Shown piece after piece: positions 26,331 through 38,478 of a DNA stretch of 52,749 nucleotides. The notes beneath the pieces are model-generated. The model was given only the letters and a program-made list of their open reading frames with translations, was not told the origin of the DNA and made no database searches. The DNA lies in contig JAUCBJ010004461.1 in assembly GCA_032718475.1 (NCBI GenBank), positions 1-52,749 on the forward strand, given 5' to 3'. This DNA is from Nemertoderma westbladi. Taxonomy: Eukaryota; Animalia; Xenacoelomorpha. A program made the position numbers and the translations under genes. Every line of letters begins with the position of its first letter. Position 1 is the first letter of the stretch.

Positions 26331-26899
26331 CCTTTCAGTCCTTGTATCACGGTTGTGGACTTAAGGAAATTATTGATGGTTGATTTTCTAATCAACAACG
26401 AGAGGGTGGAAGTTGATATCATAAATATCAACAGAATGTGACATGGATATGAGGTGCGGACACCAATATAAGCATCCACATTAATAGTAAGGGATGGGAG
26501 GTTTAGTAAGAGACAGTATGATCAATACCATGATACGGCAATGATTGGTCGATCGTTTCCCAAAGCTCCGAGCGCATTGGGAAGAGAAGGTGGGACGAAA
26601 TATGTTGTATTTTCAATAGCGATGTATAGAGGGATAAGGGTAGTAAAGAGGAGGAAGGATATATGGTAGTATCTGTAAGATACCACGATGGACTTGTTTT
26701 CTGTTATGTCACCATTTATTCTTGCTCTTCAATTGCGACACTGATCACAATAATTCAGGAAGATGATGAAATAAGAGAAAATTACAGCCTCCCGAAGGAG
26801 ACCGCCCGCGAGCACCCGTGCCCCGGGGAAAATTATTCACATTATGGATCCTGGACATCAATGTATGTCTTTTCTCCAGTAGTTCTCCTCTACTTGTCT

Positions 26900-27298
26900 T
26901 TACAAACCTTCTTCCTCATTCCATCTTTCGAGTCGGTTTCGAATATAATTCTCGTGTTCTATTCTCAGTTTATCGTTCCGACTCCGCTGGGTATGATATT
27001 TAAATAAAACCATTTCCCTTTCGGTGTCTACATCGTCCGTATCGTGTAAATCGATAGGATGGCCAGTAGTTAAGAAGTCCATATACGTACCATTACGATG
27101 CGTATAGCGAGCGGTGAATTTTCTATAGTCCAATTCACGCGTAAGTTGCTCCTGGGACATTGGCGGTTCGATATAACGACCATCGTCCTCCGTAGTAGTT
27201 GGACCAGCGTCGCCGCGAATCAAGCTATCGACAAACGCTTGTAAAGGTAGAGTATATCGCTCCCTGATACCAAGATCATCTTCTATCAACTCAGTCAT
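26900..27298 (-). CDS. 132-aa acidic ORF of unknown function in the 3' internal region of the LTR element
   Basis: ATG-initiated, protein-like composition, same strand as the Zn-knuckle ORF; no recognisable motif. Confidence 0.4.
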   Translation of the reverse strand: MTELIEDDLGIRERYTLPLQAFVDSLIRGDAGPTTTEDDGRYIEPPMSQEQLTRELDYRKFTARYTHRNGTYMDFLTTGHPIDLHDTDDVDTEREMVLFKYHTQRSRNDKLRIEHENYIRNRLERWNEEEGL

Positions 27299-28121
27299 AT
27301 CTGCTACATGAGTTTATCAATATTATAATGAGTTTATATTTAGGCTAGCGGGCGTCGCTGCCTACCCCTCTCTGCCCCCGGACAGTGCAAGATCCTCAGC
27401 GCCGATGTACCGTCGTCGCTGTGCTTTCGCCAACGTAGTAGCTACACAACGACAACGATAACCGGCACAAGTCACTCCACTGTCCGTCCCAAAGGCTTAG
27501 ATTTACTTCAGGTTCTTGCTGCAGAGTTAGGGCTACTTTCACAATTGCGACTCGCTACTGTAAACACACTTTAGTAGTAACATTCACCTATAAACGCACA
27601 AAGTCCACACAACTGTCACAAATTGTACACATTCGGGCCATTTGTCCGTTAGTCAAGTGCCTTCCAGAATGCCATGTTATTATTATGTATCCTTGGATAC
27701 TAGCAGTGTGCTATTTATTCCCTATACTATTCAATGGGGTAAGCTTTCTATTGTTCTTTTATCTCACTTCTAATTCTAGCGTGGTTGTTGCTATGGTGAC
27801 ATTATGGAAAGCTAGCGGTAGAATTAGGGTAATTCTCATGCATACAGATCTGGGATGCTATTTAATAGTAATTCTTTAATTGTCAATATTCCTCTTTATA
27901 CATGATTTTATGAATTTTGTCGGCTATTGACTATATATTGGAGGTTCTCGCACACTAATATACTTAATAGGGTGAATCTCCGCTCCCATGATCTATTAAT
28001 TAATGGAATTTTGGGAATGTTATAAATTGTACAAAAATGACAATTTATCAAATTCATTAAAATATGAATTTAAATTTATTCCCGTAAATTTTATTATTTA
28101 ATATTATAATAGACATAATTT

Positions 28122-28385
28122 TATTCCAGAACATGTCTGGGGACTGGGATCCTTAATTCTAGGAAATTGGTCTTTTAAATATATCGGTGGGTGCTACGAT
28201 ATCTTAATAGACTAGAATTTTATAGGATCTAAAATTCGACAGATTTTGTAAATATTAATAATTAATATTTAGGATGGGCACCAGTTTATTCCAGAACTTG
28301 TCTGGGGACGTTAACCACTGATTCTAGAATTTTGTCTTTCAAGTATATCGGTGGGTGCCGCGATATCTTAATCGACTAGAATTGC
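28122..28385. repeat. Two diverged ~100-bp direct repeats (~165-bp period)
   Basis: ttattccagaac.tgtctggggac...tatcggtgggtgc..cgatatcttaat.gactagaatt occurs at about 28122 and 28287. Confidence 0.8.
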
Positions 28386-28430
28386 AGATGGTCAAAGGGT
28401 TTAACAGATTTATTTTGCGTTATACGCTAC

Positions 28431-28914
28431 TGTTAAAGGGACATCACGCTACTATATGTATTATTTAATATACGGTATGAGAGCAATATCGCACGAAGCA
28501 ATGTCAGTGAGAAGAGGCAAGTCGTTTCCAAGGTCTACCCAGAGCTTGGTTTAGCCGAGACACGAGGATCTGAATTTTGCATTCCTAATACTCTGCTTAC
28601 CAATAATACTTAAATATAGTAGGAGCTTTATTGTACTTTAATAAGTACGGATATTTCATCTTACTGTAGTTACGTATTTGTAATGTAATACGGACAGTAA
28701 GGAAAGAGAAAAAGAATTATTTCTCGCCGTCACTGTAAATATATAATATATAAGTAATTAAGTAATAAACACTAATATATATTGCACTAATCTACTAAAT
28801 AACCGCTAAAATAACATTCTACTAAATAAAATTAAAGAAAACGATTATAATAAAATTACAAAATAATACATACATAAATATAAAATAATAAGAATATAAA
28901 ATAGTATAGTCACA
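28431..28914 (-). other. Unpaired internal LTR-like segment (TGT...AACA) directly after pol
   Basis: PPT-like GGAGTGGGTG (28915-28924) just after the pol stop, then TGTGA...AATAAA (28627-28632)...TTTAACA. No second copy found in the window. Confidence 0.4.
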
Positions 28915-28932
28915 CACCCACTCCAGACGTTG

Positions 28933-31900
28933 TTAAGTTGGGGAGTCCCTAGATGTTTGTTGGATTAGGGAGGTGGTCGTGGGAAGAGTATCTTGCCTTC
29001 CATAGTTTCCGGAGAGTTCTCTGTCTCTTTCCAGTAAACATAAACGACCAACTGGGCGATTGAGCTGCTGTGTCTCGAAGACAATTCCCGGTTTCTTAAA
29101 GTTACGTCGCATGACGATGAGTTCTACCGATCGCACCAAACCGTCATCCGAGATATGAGTCTCGATGATACAACCTGTCTGCCACCGCTTACGTGGAAGA
29201 TCGGAATCCACAATAAGGACCATGTCTCCAGCGCTGACGTTTTCTTGCTGCGCAAACCACTTAGTTCGAAGTTGTAGCGTGGGCAGATAATGTTTTTCGA
29301 AATGGTCAGCGAAACGACGGGATAACAACTGCATAAGTTGCCAAGTTTGCCGGCAGTATTCGTCTCCGTCTGTGATTTCCGATCGTGGGAGCATGGCTAC
29401 CGGTTTCTTCAGTAGGAAGTGCGCGGGTGTTAGCGCTTCCAGGGAATCGGGACTCGATGAGACTGGCATAAGCGGTCTCTCGTTGAGATAGGCGGAGATT
29501 TCCTCCATTAACGTCCGCAAAAGTTCGTCGGTGAGATACGCGCGGCACGGCACTATGAAGTGAAATGCGGTCTTCACGCTCCTGATTAATCTCTCCCAAC
29601 TTCCTCCCCACCAAGGGGCGTCGGCGGCATTGAAGGTCCAGCTAGACACTGTTACCCTTAGCTGATCGTCCACCTGTCTTTGGTTCCAATCTTTGACGTA
29701 AGCTTTGATTTCATTGTTGGCACCAATGAAGTTCGTTCCCTTATCAGATCTCATCGTGTTACTAGTTCCAAAGCGAGCGATCTGTCGTTGTAAGCTCAAT
29801 AGGAAGCTGTTGGTAGATAAATCGTTCACCATATCGAGATGGATAGCTCTACAAGTCATACAAACAAAGATGACACACCATCTCTTGACTATAGTCCTAG
29901 CACGATATACTTCAATAGGGCCAAATAAATCTACACCGGTATTAGTAAAGGGTGGTTCATAGAAGCTTACTCGTTCCCTAGGTAATTCTGCCTCTCGCTG
30001 TGTTAAAGGCCTACTGAATGCTTTCCTACAGGGTATGCAGTTCCTAAGAACTTGGTTCAGAGCTCTACGGGGTTTATAAAAATAATAGCGAGTTCGAATT
30101 TCGCTAAGAACTCGTTCTCTACCAGCATGATAAAGTTTGCCAACGTATCAACCCATCTATCATTGTGCTAGGGAAACGATCCCTTAAGCGCATCTGTGGA
30201 TTTCTCAACAACAGGAAATACTTATCGGAATCCTCATAGCATTGCAGGAGTCTCAGCATCTGCTTGTTGGTTTCTTCATGCTCCTGATAACTTATCTTCT
30301 CCTTCAGAAACCTGTCGGATATCTTATATTTGGGAAGATCTTTAACAACATGGACCTGCACAGATGTCAGTGGAGAGGTATCACTATTAGTCTTCGCCCT
30401 GGAGTAATGATGATGAAAACATCGTTTTAAATATGTAACGGCCTTACAGAGCCGGTTCCAGGAACTGTAGTGATATATCGCTCTCTGCAGGAGAGGTGAG
30501 AGTCCTTGCGAGACGTCTGGTATTCCAGATTTCCAATCCCTCTCTCTGATTTCCACAACAGACTTATTTGTGGCTGTGGGTTTCGGATCCAAAGCGTCGT
30601 CTCCGGAAGTGTGTAGTACAGACAGATCTACCACGGGTTTAAATAACTTCGATTTACTCGCCTGCGTTTTAGGTTTGACTTTCTCCGCTCCCTTGGCCTG
30701 TCTAATCTCTGTCGTAGTAAGATGAGGAGGCCATTCATCCTCTTCCTTGCTTAGGAAGTCGGGTCCACCTAACCAGTCTGGAGTATCTATCAGTTCTTGT
30801 GGAGTTGCTCCCCTGGAGGCGATGTCTGCTGGATTAATCGTTCCGGGGCAATGTCTCCATTGATCCATCTTCGTGCGACTAAGTATAATGGCTACTCTGT
30901 TGGTAACGAAGACGCTGAACTGACAGACTTCATTGGTTATATACTCCAACATGAGTAAAGCATCAGTCCAATAGACAGTTTTCTCCAGTGGATAGTCGAT
31001 CTGTTCTGTTACATTCCGGCCTATAGCTGTAGTGTATAGAGCCGCTTTTAACTCCGCTCGAGGAACTTTCACCTTGTTGTTTATCAATGCCTTAGAGGTA
31101 ACCAAGGCGACTTTGATTCCATCCGGAGTTTCCACTCTCAGGTAGGCTACTATACCTATTCCCATATCGCTGGCGTTTCCAAACACATGGAGTTGATAGG
31201 AATACGTAGGGAGAACATGACCAAAATATGAACGGGAAATTATAAAGTTCTCGATGGCTGGTAGAGAATCTTCCCATTTCATCCACTTCTTTAATAATTC
31301 TCCCTTAAGTGGATCGTCCCATGAGTGGTTTTCAAGCCACATTTGTTGTACTAAACTCCGAGCAATCAATATAACTGGGCTAATGAATCCCAATGGATCG
31401 AAATAAGTGCTCAGGATGTTTAGTCCGAACTGGATTATCTCGCTGTTTTAGCTGGAAAAACAGGATATCTCTCTCTGTGTCCCATTTCAAACCAAGTGTC
31501 TTGGTCTCTGGAAGATCATCTTTGATTAGGTCTAGGTCTTTCGCTCCTCGATCTTCTACCGGGATCGATTCCAGAAACTCACGGGAGTTGCTGGTGAATT
31601 TAGTTAATCGAAATCCACCTTTTTTTAAGCACTCTACCGTTCCTTTGGCGACATCAATGGCTTCTTCCACAGATGGAAGGGACTTTAGATTGTCGTCCAT
31701 GTATATATCTCGTTTGATGTTGTCGATCACCTCTTTTGAGAAGGCGTCCCGGTTGTCATCAGCAGTGGTGCGCACCACTGAGCAGGCGTTTGAAGGGCTT
31801 GAGATGATCCCAAAAGCCTGGATGGTCATCCAATACTCCACCGGTTTCTGGTTGAGGTCTCCTTCAGGCCACCACAGAAATCGTAGGCTGTCTCGATCCC

Positions 31901-34900
31901 TATCCAGCGCCTTGACTTGTAAGAACATGCCTTCTATATCGGAGGCGAAACTGGTAACAACTCGGAATTAAGGGATTGGCCCATGTAGAGGGCGGAGCCG
32001 TCGAATACTACTCGTACCTCATGAGGTTTACCGGGTTTGGGAATGTAATGATGTGTTAAATAGTACGTTCTTTCAGTTAGGGGTGTTCCTTCCGGTACTC
32101 GCTCCGCATATCCCTTATTAATAAATTTCTTCAACTGAGTCTGATACATTTCTTTAGCTGAAGCATTTGCCGTAAGGCGTCGATGTAGTTGAGCAATTCT
32201 TTTTTCCGCCAAGGGTCGGTTGTTTATGAACTTTGGTTCTCGCTTTCGGAATGGGAGACCGATCTCATATCTACCTTGATCTTTAAGAAAACGTGTAGTT
32301 GTCTCCTGGATCTGCTTGGCTCTTTCTTCTTCTACCGATAGGGCCTTATCGTAGGAATTGGGCTCTACATCCTCTTGAGTAAAGAATCGTACGGCGTGTT
32401 CATCTCGAGTTTTCGTGTTATATCTCTCTATTACTTCATTCAGTTTGTCGTTATAGTCGACTCGTTCTGATGGACTAATGACTTGACATAAGTTTACTTG
32501 GTTTTGCCAAGTCTCGTTTTCCGTAAGGATATCGATGTTATTCTCCTCGTCGAAGAGCTGGTGGATATTGTCATTATCTGAGGAGTATGGTATTCCCTCA
32601 GTTGGGTCGTCAACTTCACTGCTCTCCACTTCCCATTCACTTAATTGATATACCTGTTCTTTTGGTAATCTTTCCATAAGAGTTCGACGGGAAGGGCCAG
32701 TAAAGTACCAACCTACTCTAGTTCTTCCCGCATAGACTTGTAATGGTTGCGGTTGAGCAGGCCGTTTCTCCAATGTCTCAAGCGCTTCATGCGCATTTTG
32801 GCCGATGAGTATTTGCACTCCAGGGTAATCTGTGTTGAATCTAGGTATATTAAGCTGCTGGGTGGAATCGTCCTCATCCCAGTTATAAGGTTCTACTTGG
32901 CTGGTAGCGAAGTTCTTTATCGCCACCATCTTTACTGATCTTATGCTATGTTCTCCTAGTTCATCCTGGGTGGTGGACAACGCACCTACATAATAATCCG
33001 CTATTACTGTAGATTTCCAAAGCTGCATAATTCCTGACATGTTTAACTTAGTTCGGAACTTGGGTTGTCCAGCAAAGATGTCTTCGGCTAGTTCTTTGTC
33101 GATGAATGTTCCTGTGCTACCGGAGTCAAGGAGGGCGTTCACTATATAACTCCTTTTAGGTCCGTGGACCCTTAACTGCACTACGGGAAATTCACGGATT
33201 CTTACATTGGAAGTTGGTGCTTTCCAAGATGGTTGTCGGTCAGAAGTAGTTAGGGTGAGCTCGCAGTCTGTGTCTTTTTCATACGTAAGTGCTCGATACA
33301 CTGCAGTATTTATCATGTAACAGGATTCATCTTCGTCGGAGAATTCGTCCGTATAGAATCCTTCCATCTCAGAACTTTGGTCAGTGTCGTTCACATCACT
33401 GAATTGGACATGTAGTTCTGAATCACTTACCTGACTCGGGCTGTTTCGTTCGAATTCAGTGTGCAACAAGATATGATGTTTTGCGCCGCACTTCGCACAC
33501 CTTGCATCGGAGTAACAGGTTCGCCTTTGGTGTCCTTGTCTGAGGCAATTATAACACAACCGCTTATCCCACATGACTTCCCGTCTATCCTTTAATGATT
33601 TCTTTAGGAATTCATCACACACATTCAAACGGTGGGTCCCGTCGCATAGCGCACATTTCGGTTTGATGTTACTTACCTTATTTTGAGTAACATTGTGCAC
33701 ACTCGTTCTTTCTTCGGGCTTTCTTAACTGAATTCTCTTAGGAGACGTAGGAGGAGTTTTTCTTACCTGTTCTCTCCTGTCATTGGTTCGAGACTTGAAT
33801 TTACTTACGTCTTTAGGCGTTTTATTGACATAATAAGATCTTTCAGTGTCTTTCCCGCTGTCTTCTTCTTGAGAAGCCTGGCTTTCGCCGTCGTCGGTAT
33901 AACACACTGGTGTTACTTTTCTCCTAGAAACGGGTTTCTCACTTACCTTGTTTTCCGGTGTCTTCTCTCTGGACTGCTTAGGAGCTGTAATTTCACTTCT
34001 CCATCTAAGAATGACATGAGATCAGCCATGGTAGGGTCTCGTTGTTGTTGTTCCATCATATATAACACTTTCTTATCCCAGCGTGTACCTACTCCACCCT
34101 TCGGTAAAGTAGAGGCCACGGCTCCAATAACCATAGAACTTTGATATTCATGAGACTTACCTAGCCAATCTAATTGTCTACAGATCTCCTGAATCTCATC
34201 GGAAAACTCTATAATCCCGCTGCTAATGAATTTTTGGGGCGCTACCAATTTTGCATACAAATACCTAGCTATGTTATTCCTATTACCATACCTGATGTTT
34301 AGTGTATCCCAAACTTGTCTTAATCCATCTGGATGTCCAATAAACTTTAACGCCATTAACTTGGGAGATCCTTCCAAGCACTCGATGAGGAATCTAAGTT
34401 TCTCTCCGTTAGATAGCACGGAGTTCTGTATGTTATCTTTGTAATATTCATTAAAAGGTAACCATTTCATCTCATCTCCATTGAACTTGACGATCTCTCC
34501 CACCTTTACCGCTTGACGGGCTTCGGTTCTAGCCATTTGACGCGTAAAACTTTCTTGGGCCATCATGTTATTTAATATCGAGTTATCGGTATATAAATTT
34601 ATCGGATTATTATCAAGTCTATATGGAATATCATTGTCAACAGGTTTATAATTACCCTTAATAGGGTTTACTATAGGAGTTTCCACTTCACTAGCAGTAT
34701 AGATGCGGGTAGTCTCCACACCTTGCGCATGAAATACTTCAAACCTAACAGGTTGACACATTGTAACAGGGGGTGGTGGTATACCCTTTTGTGTATTTAC
34801 TAATTTATCGCGTTCTAATGCGATACTCTGCTGCACTTCTTGCAACTCTAACCTACTTTCCCTTACTGTTCCTTTAAACTGATGAACAGTCTCCTGCATC

Positions 34901-35700
34901 TGCCCGAGCAGGAGATTCATCCCCCGCCGCCCCTCATCCACCCACTCGACCGCCGGAGCGGGAGCCGCCAACGTAGTAGCGGGTAGACGAGGGACAACGG
35001 GCGACAAATCATTGATGTTTCGCTCGGAGTCCAGGACTGGAACTGTCACAGGGGTTGTTTTGTGGGGCACAGGTAGTTTAGTACTGTGCAAAGGGAATTT
35101 AGAGGTAGGTTCTGGGAGCACAGATGTCTCTATCACCGAAGGGGTGATTTCAAGAACAGGCCTAATTATTTCAGGCTCATCTACTATAGTAGGGAGTCTT
35201 TTTATTTCAATTATTTGGTCTGTGGGTTCTGTACTACCTAAGTCTGTGTTAGTTAGTTGCCTTCTAACAGCTGGGGGCAAATCAGGCAATTTCTGACGGT
35301 GGGACATTCTTCTACGTCTGCTTAGACGAGATCTATTTCCTCCGCCTTCAGGATCGGTGGTATCGCCTTCATCAGATGATGTATCGCTTGCGTCCTTCTG
35401 GGCTCCTCCCCGAGGCGCACCCACGAGGCGGATGCTGTCCCACTACCCTTGGGGCCAGTCCGACTCCGTTTTTATCAGACCGGGCCGGAGGGTAGCCCGA
35501 TGCTTCCCGGGTTCAATTTTCAATCCCCCGATCACACCGGCACAGCTCGTCGCACATGTAGCCAGATGGTCGGCTACTGTCAACTTACTGTGGCCTGACT
35601 GTACATTGAGCCAACTCAGAGAGTCAACCGGCAGGTGGACCAGTCGATAGCGATTGAGCATCAAGGTCGCCCTTGAGCCAAACCGACGGTCTTGTCCCAA
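28933..35700 (-). pseudogene. gag-pol: Bel/Pao gag-pol polyprotein, disrupted
   Basis: DUF1759-like gag (KFNGDEMKW...EKLRFL...YGN), three Bel-type knuckles (CALCDGTH, CYNCLRQGH, CAKCGAKHHILLH), protease LLDSGS, RT (VRVVFDGSA, LRFLWW, YMDD), RNase H (LHVFGNAS, YWTDA, NPADIASRG), integrase (HAG..C..C, GVDLFGP, SDKGTNF, GGSWER), DUF5641-like tail. Frameshifts or deletions near 33990, 31955, 31410 and 30140; in-frame stop at 35443. Confidence 0.93.
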
Positions 35701-36540
35701 GTGGGCTTGCGCTACCCAACATGGAATATTGACACGTTTTCACCCGCCTCACTGGCAGTATTGAGGGGAAGTTGGTTCCGCAAACAATACTGACTAGCTC
35801 GAAAGCTAGGAACAAGTAACCACTTACCAGTCACTGTACACGTGTACTCAACAGATGTTCACAATATCAAGTACACTACGGTAAACACAAAATCTGACAC
35901 ATACCATGCACACACAGAGGACATAATCGGGAAAGACCAAATCGGTGACAAAATCAGAGGGGACAAAATTGTATCGACTGTTAAAAGAGTCGAGAGTACC
36001 TTATTTTGCCTTCAGGGCAAAATAACTTTGTGTGCACAAAGTATGCTGGGGCGCAGTAAAGATATGGTCCTACTAATACCAGCGGCGTCTGGACCAACCG
36101 GCAAGGGTTCCCATACTCACTCGCAGTGGCCATACATACACTCACGTATACCACGTACCCACAGCAACTGAAGCTCAAGCAAACAGCCACTGATCGTCCA
36201 CACACAAACCACAGATTCCAGAGTATCATTCACTCGGACCACACTACAACACCAACCCCTCCTTGCAGCCAATATTCCGGGTGCTACCTCCATTCCAATA
36301 GTAGTACCAACAGAATCATCAGAAATCTGCCCATTCCGATGCAACACCTCCATTCCAATAGTGCTACCCTGGGAAAAGACACGTTTTGGCAACCGATCGG
36401 AGACAGTAAAGAGTCTGGTCAACTCATACATACCAAACATAGACCTACCACATAGACCACATAAACCACAGATCACACTAAGCCACCACCCCTACTGTGT
36501 ACAGGACTGGCAGTACGGCAACAGGCCGACTAGACGGTAC

Positions 36541-36550
36541 CACGGCACCA
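36541..36550 (-). other. tRNA-His-type PBS-like 10-mer (AACA|TGGTGCCGTG) in the element interior
   Basis: Complementary to the tRNA-His 3' end CACGGCACCA and preceded by an LTR-end-like AACA; the match is only 10 nt. Confidence 0.45.
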
Positions 36551-36683
36551 TGTTGATTCATGGTTCGTAAGACACGAGGGCCTTCAGTAACTCCCTTGCA
36601 CTATAAAGACGATTGAACGTGCCCCCAGACCCTCACGAGTCCGCCGCCGCCTGTTAGGGACCCCCTATAGAGACCTCACCTCT

Positions 36684-38090
36684 TTAGGATCCCTGTCTTT
36701 TGGGAGTAGATCGATTCATCATCTGCATATTACTAGCTGTTAACTGTTTATTTATGCAGTCTTGATTCTCATGAATATTTTCCAACTCTAGTTGGGTGGT
36801 CTCTTCAGATGCACTTCGTTCTGCTTCTGCCATTGCTATTTTTCTTTCCGCTTCTGCCGCTGCCTCTGCCGCCTTTCTTTCCGCTTCTGCCGCTGCCATT
36901 GCCGCTGCTGCTGTCTTTCTGTCTTCTATACGTTTTTTCTTGACTTGTTCTTCTTGGACCCTAGCGATGCGGAGCCTTTCATCAAATTTAGCTTGGTTCG
37001 CAGCTATCATATCCGCATCGATTGCGTCCAACACAAGCTTGGCTCCTTCACTATTAGGGCTAAGTCCAGACAGCCGTCTCCTCAACTCTTCGTCACCTAC
37101 AAAGCGTTGATAGTCTGACAGATAGATGTCAATAGCATCCCTCTTATGCGGTTTCTCTGCTGTCGCTTCGCTTTCCACTTGGGAAAAGGTAGCGTCTGTT
37201 GATTCTCCATGGATTGAGCGCTCAGCCAGCTGAGATTTCCACTGGGCAGTTCCTTGAACTTGGAGACTCACTCGCTGAAACCAAGTCTTTACGGCAACTT
37301 GCAACGACGTGTCTTGTCTTCTTTTCGAAGCCTCCTCAAAGGCCGATAAGATTAGTCTGATTCGTAGAATTCTTTTTCTAACTTGATAAAGCAGCTCTGC
37401 CTGCTCTTGAGGTCCTTGGGGTTGTCGAAACAGTTGTTCCTTTAATCGCTCCATAGAGCTGAAGAATCCCTGTACCAATCGTGCTGCTGACCTCTTCCAC
37501 ACAGCTGGATCGCTGGTTTCTTTTGTCACTCCCATCCTGTGTATGTCTTCCCAGGCAGCTTCCAATAAGTCAAACGGGAGTCCGGGTCCAGGGAAGTTCC
37601 ATTGCGACTCGACAATAGACTTCAGTTCTTCACTTGTGCATCCCGCATAACTATCCTTGGTCGATCGCTTACTTCTCGCCCAATCAATTTGGTGTTCCTC
37701 CACCGCAATCAATACCCTAGTGAGTACGGCTGCAGGAAGGATGAGAAGGGGATCCGAATAAACCGCATCTGCCATCTTTGCTCCGCGCTCGGATGTCAGC
37801 TCTACAGTATCCGCACTACTGGAGCTGTCGGGCCGCTGAGAAATAAGTTCTCGGCTCGAGTGTTGCTGCTGTTCCGCTGCTTCTTGGTCCCGCTTGACCT
37901 GAGCTCGAGTGCCTATGATAGACCTACGGTATTGGACTAGCCTAGGGTCTGATATTACTACTGGAGGGATGATCTTTCTTACAGTAGGAGGTGAATTGAA
38001 CTTCGGTCTCATACGTTCCACACTCCTGTCTGGGTCACAGATGGTTGTATCTATGAGGCTGTCTGACAGGTTTTGCTTTGTGTCAGACAT
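36684..38090 (-). CDS. 468-aa upstream ORF with coiled-coil/Ala-Glu-rich C-terminal part (probable gag N-terminus or separate ORF0)
   Basis: Intact ATG-initiated ORF; AAAAMAAAEAERKAAEAAAEAERK helix resembles Bel/Pao gag N-terminal low-complexity regions. Confidence 0.65.
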   Translation of the reverse strand: MSDTKQNLSDSLIDTTICDPDRSVERMRPKFNSPPTVRKIIPPVVISDPRLVQYRRSIIGTRAQVKRDQEAAEQQQHSSRELISQRPDSSSSADTVELTSERGAKMADAVYSDPLLILPAAVLTRVLIAVEEHQIDWARSKRSTKDSYAGCTSEELKSIVESQWNFPGPGLPFDLLEAAWEDIHRMGVTKETSDPAVWKRSAARLVQGFFSSMERLKEQLFRQPQGPQEQAELLYQVRKRILRIRLILSAFEEASKRRQDTSLQVAVKTWFQRVSLQVQGTAQWKSQLAERSIHGESTDATFSQVESEATAEKPHKRDAIDIYLSDYQRFVGDEELRRRLSGLSPNSEGAKLVLDAIDADMIAANQAKFDERLRIARVQEEQVKKKRIEDRKTAAAAMAAAEAERKAAEAAAEAERKIAMAEAERSASEETTQLELENIHENQDCINKQLTASNMQMMNRSTPKRQGS

Positions 38091-38227
38091 GTTTGTTTGT
38101 ACAGTTGAATGCCTACTGCTATATTACAATTAAAGCAAGTCTAGTAATTCAGTATCAACTGTTAGCCTAGTAATTAATTACCGATACTGCTACTCAGTGT
38201 AGCGTGATATATATATATAATATATTA

Positions 38228-38478
38228 GAATACCAGTATGCTTATAGTATATATATAAGTATTATTACAGACTAGGTTTGTCACAGAATACTGGTATATA
38301 ATTTCAGCACAAATATATATAAATATATAATAGGCCTATCGTGAATACCGGTATACAGCTTACACTTATAGTATATATAAGTATAATTATGGACTAGAAT
38401 TAATTACAGAATACCGGTATAATTTCAGCCTAAATTTATAGAAATAAATATGATAAGCCTATTGTAAATACCGGTATG
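38228..38478. repeat. ~120-bp diverged tandem duplication with recurring AATACCGGTAT motif
   Basis: Two alignable AT-rich units in the 5' leader. Confidence 0.65.

Noticed and set aside
33930-34000. Programmed frameshift or splice (AG|GTAAGT) between gag and pol
   Set aside because: Bel/Pao gag-pol is normally one ORF, no slippery heptamer is evident, and a 1-bp loss near 33985 restores continuity.
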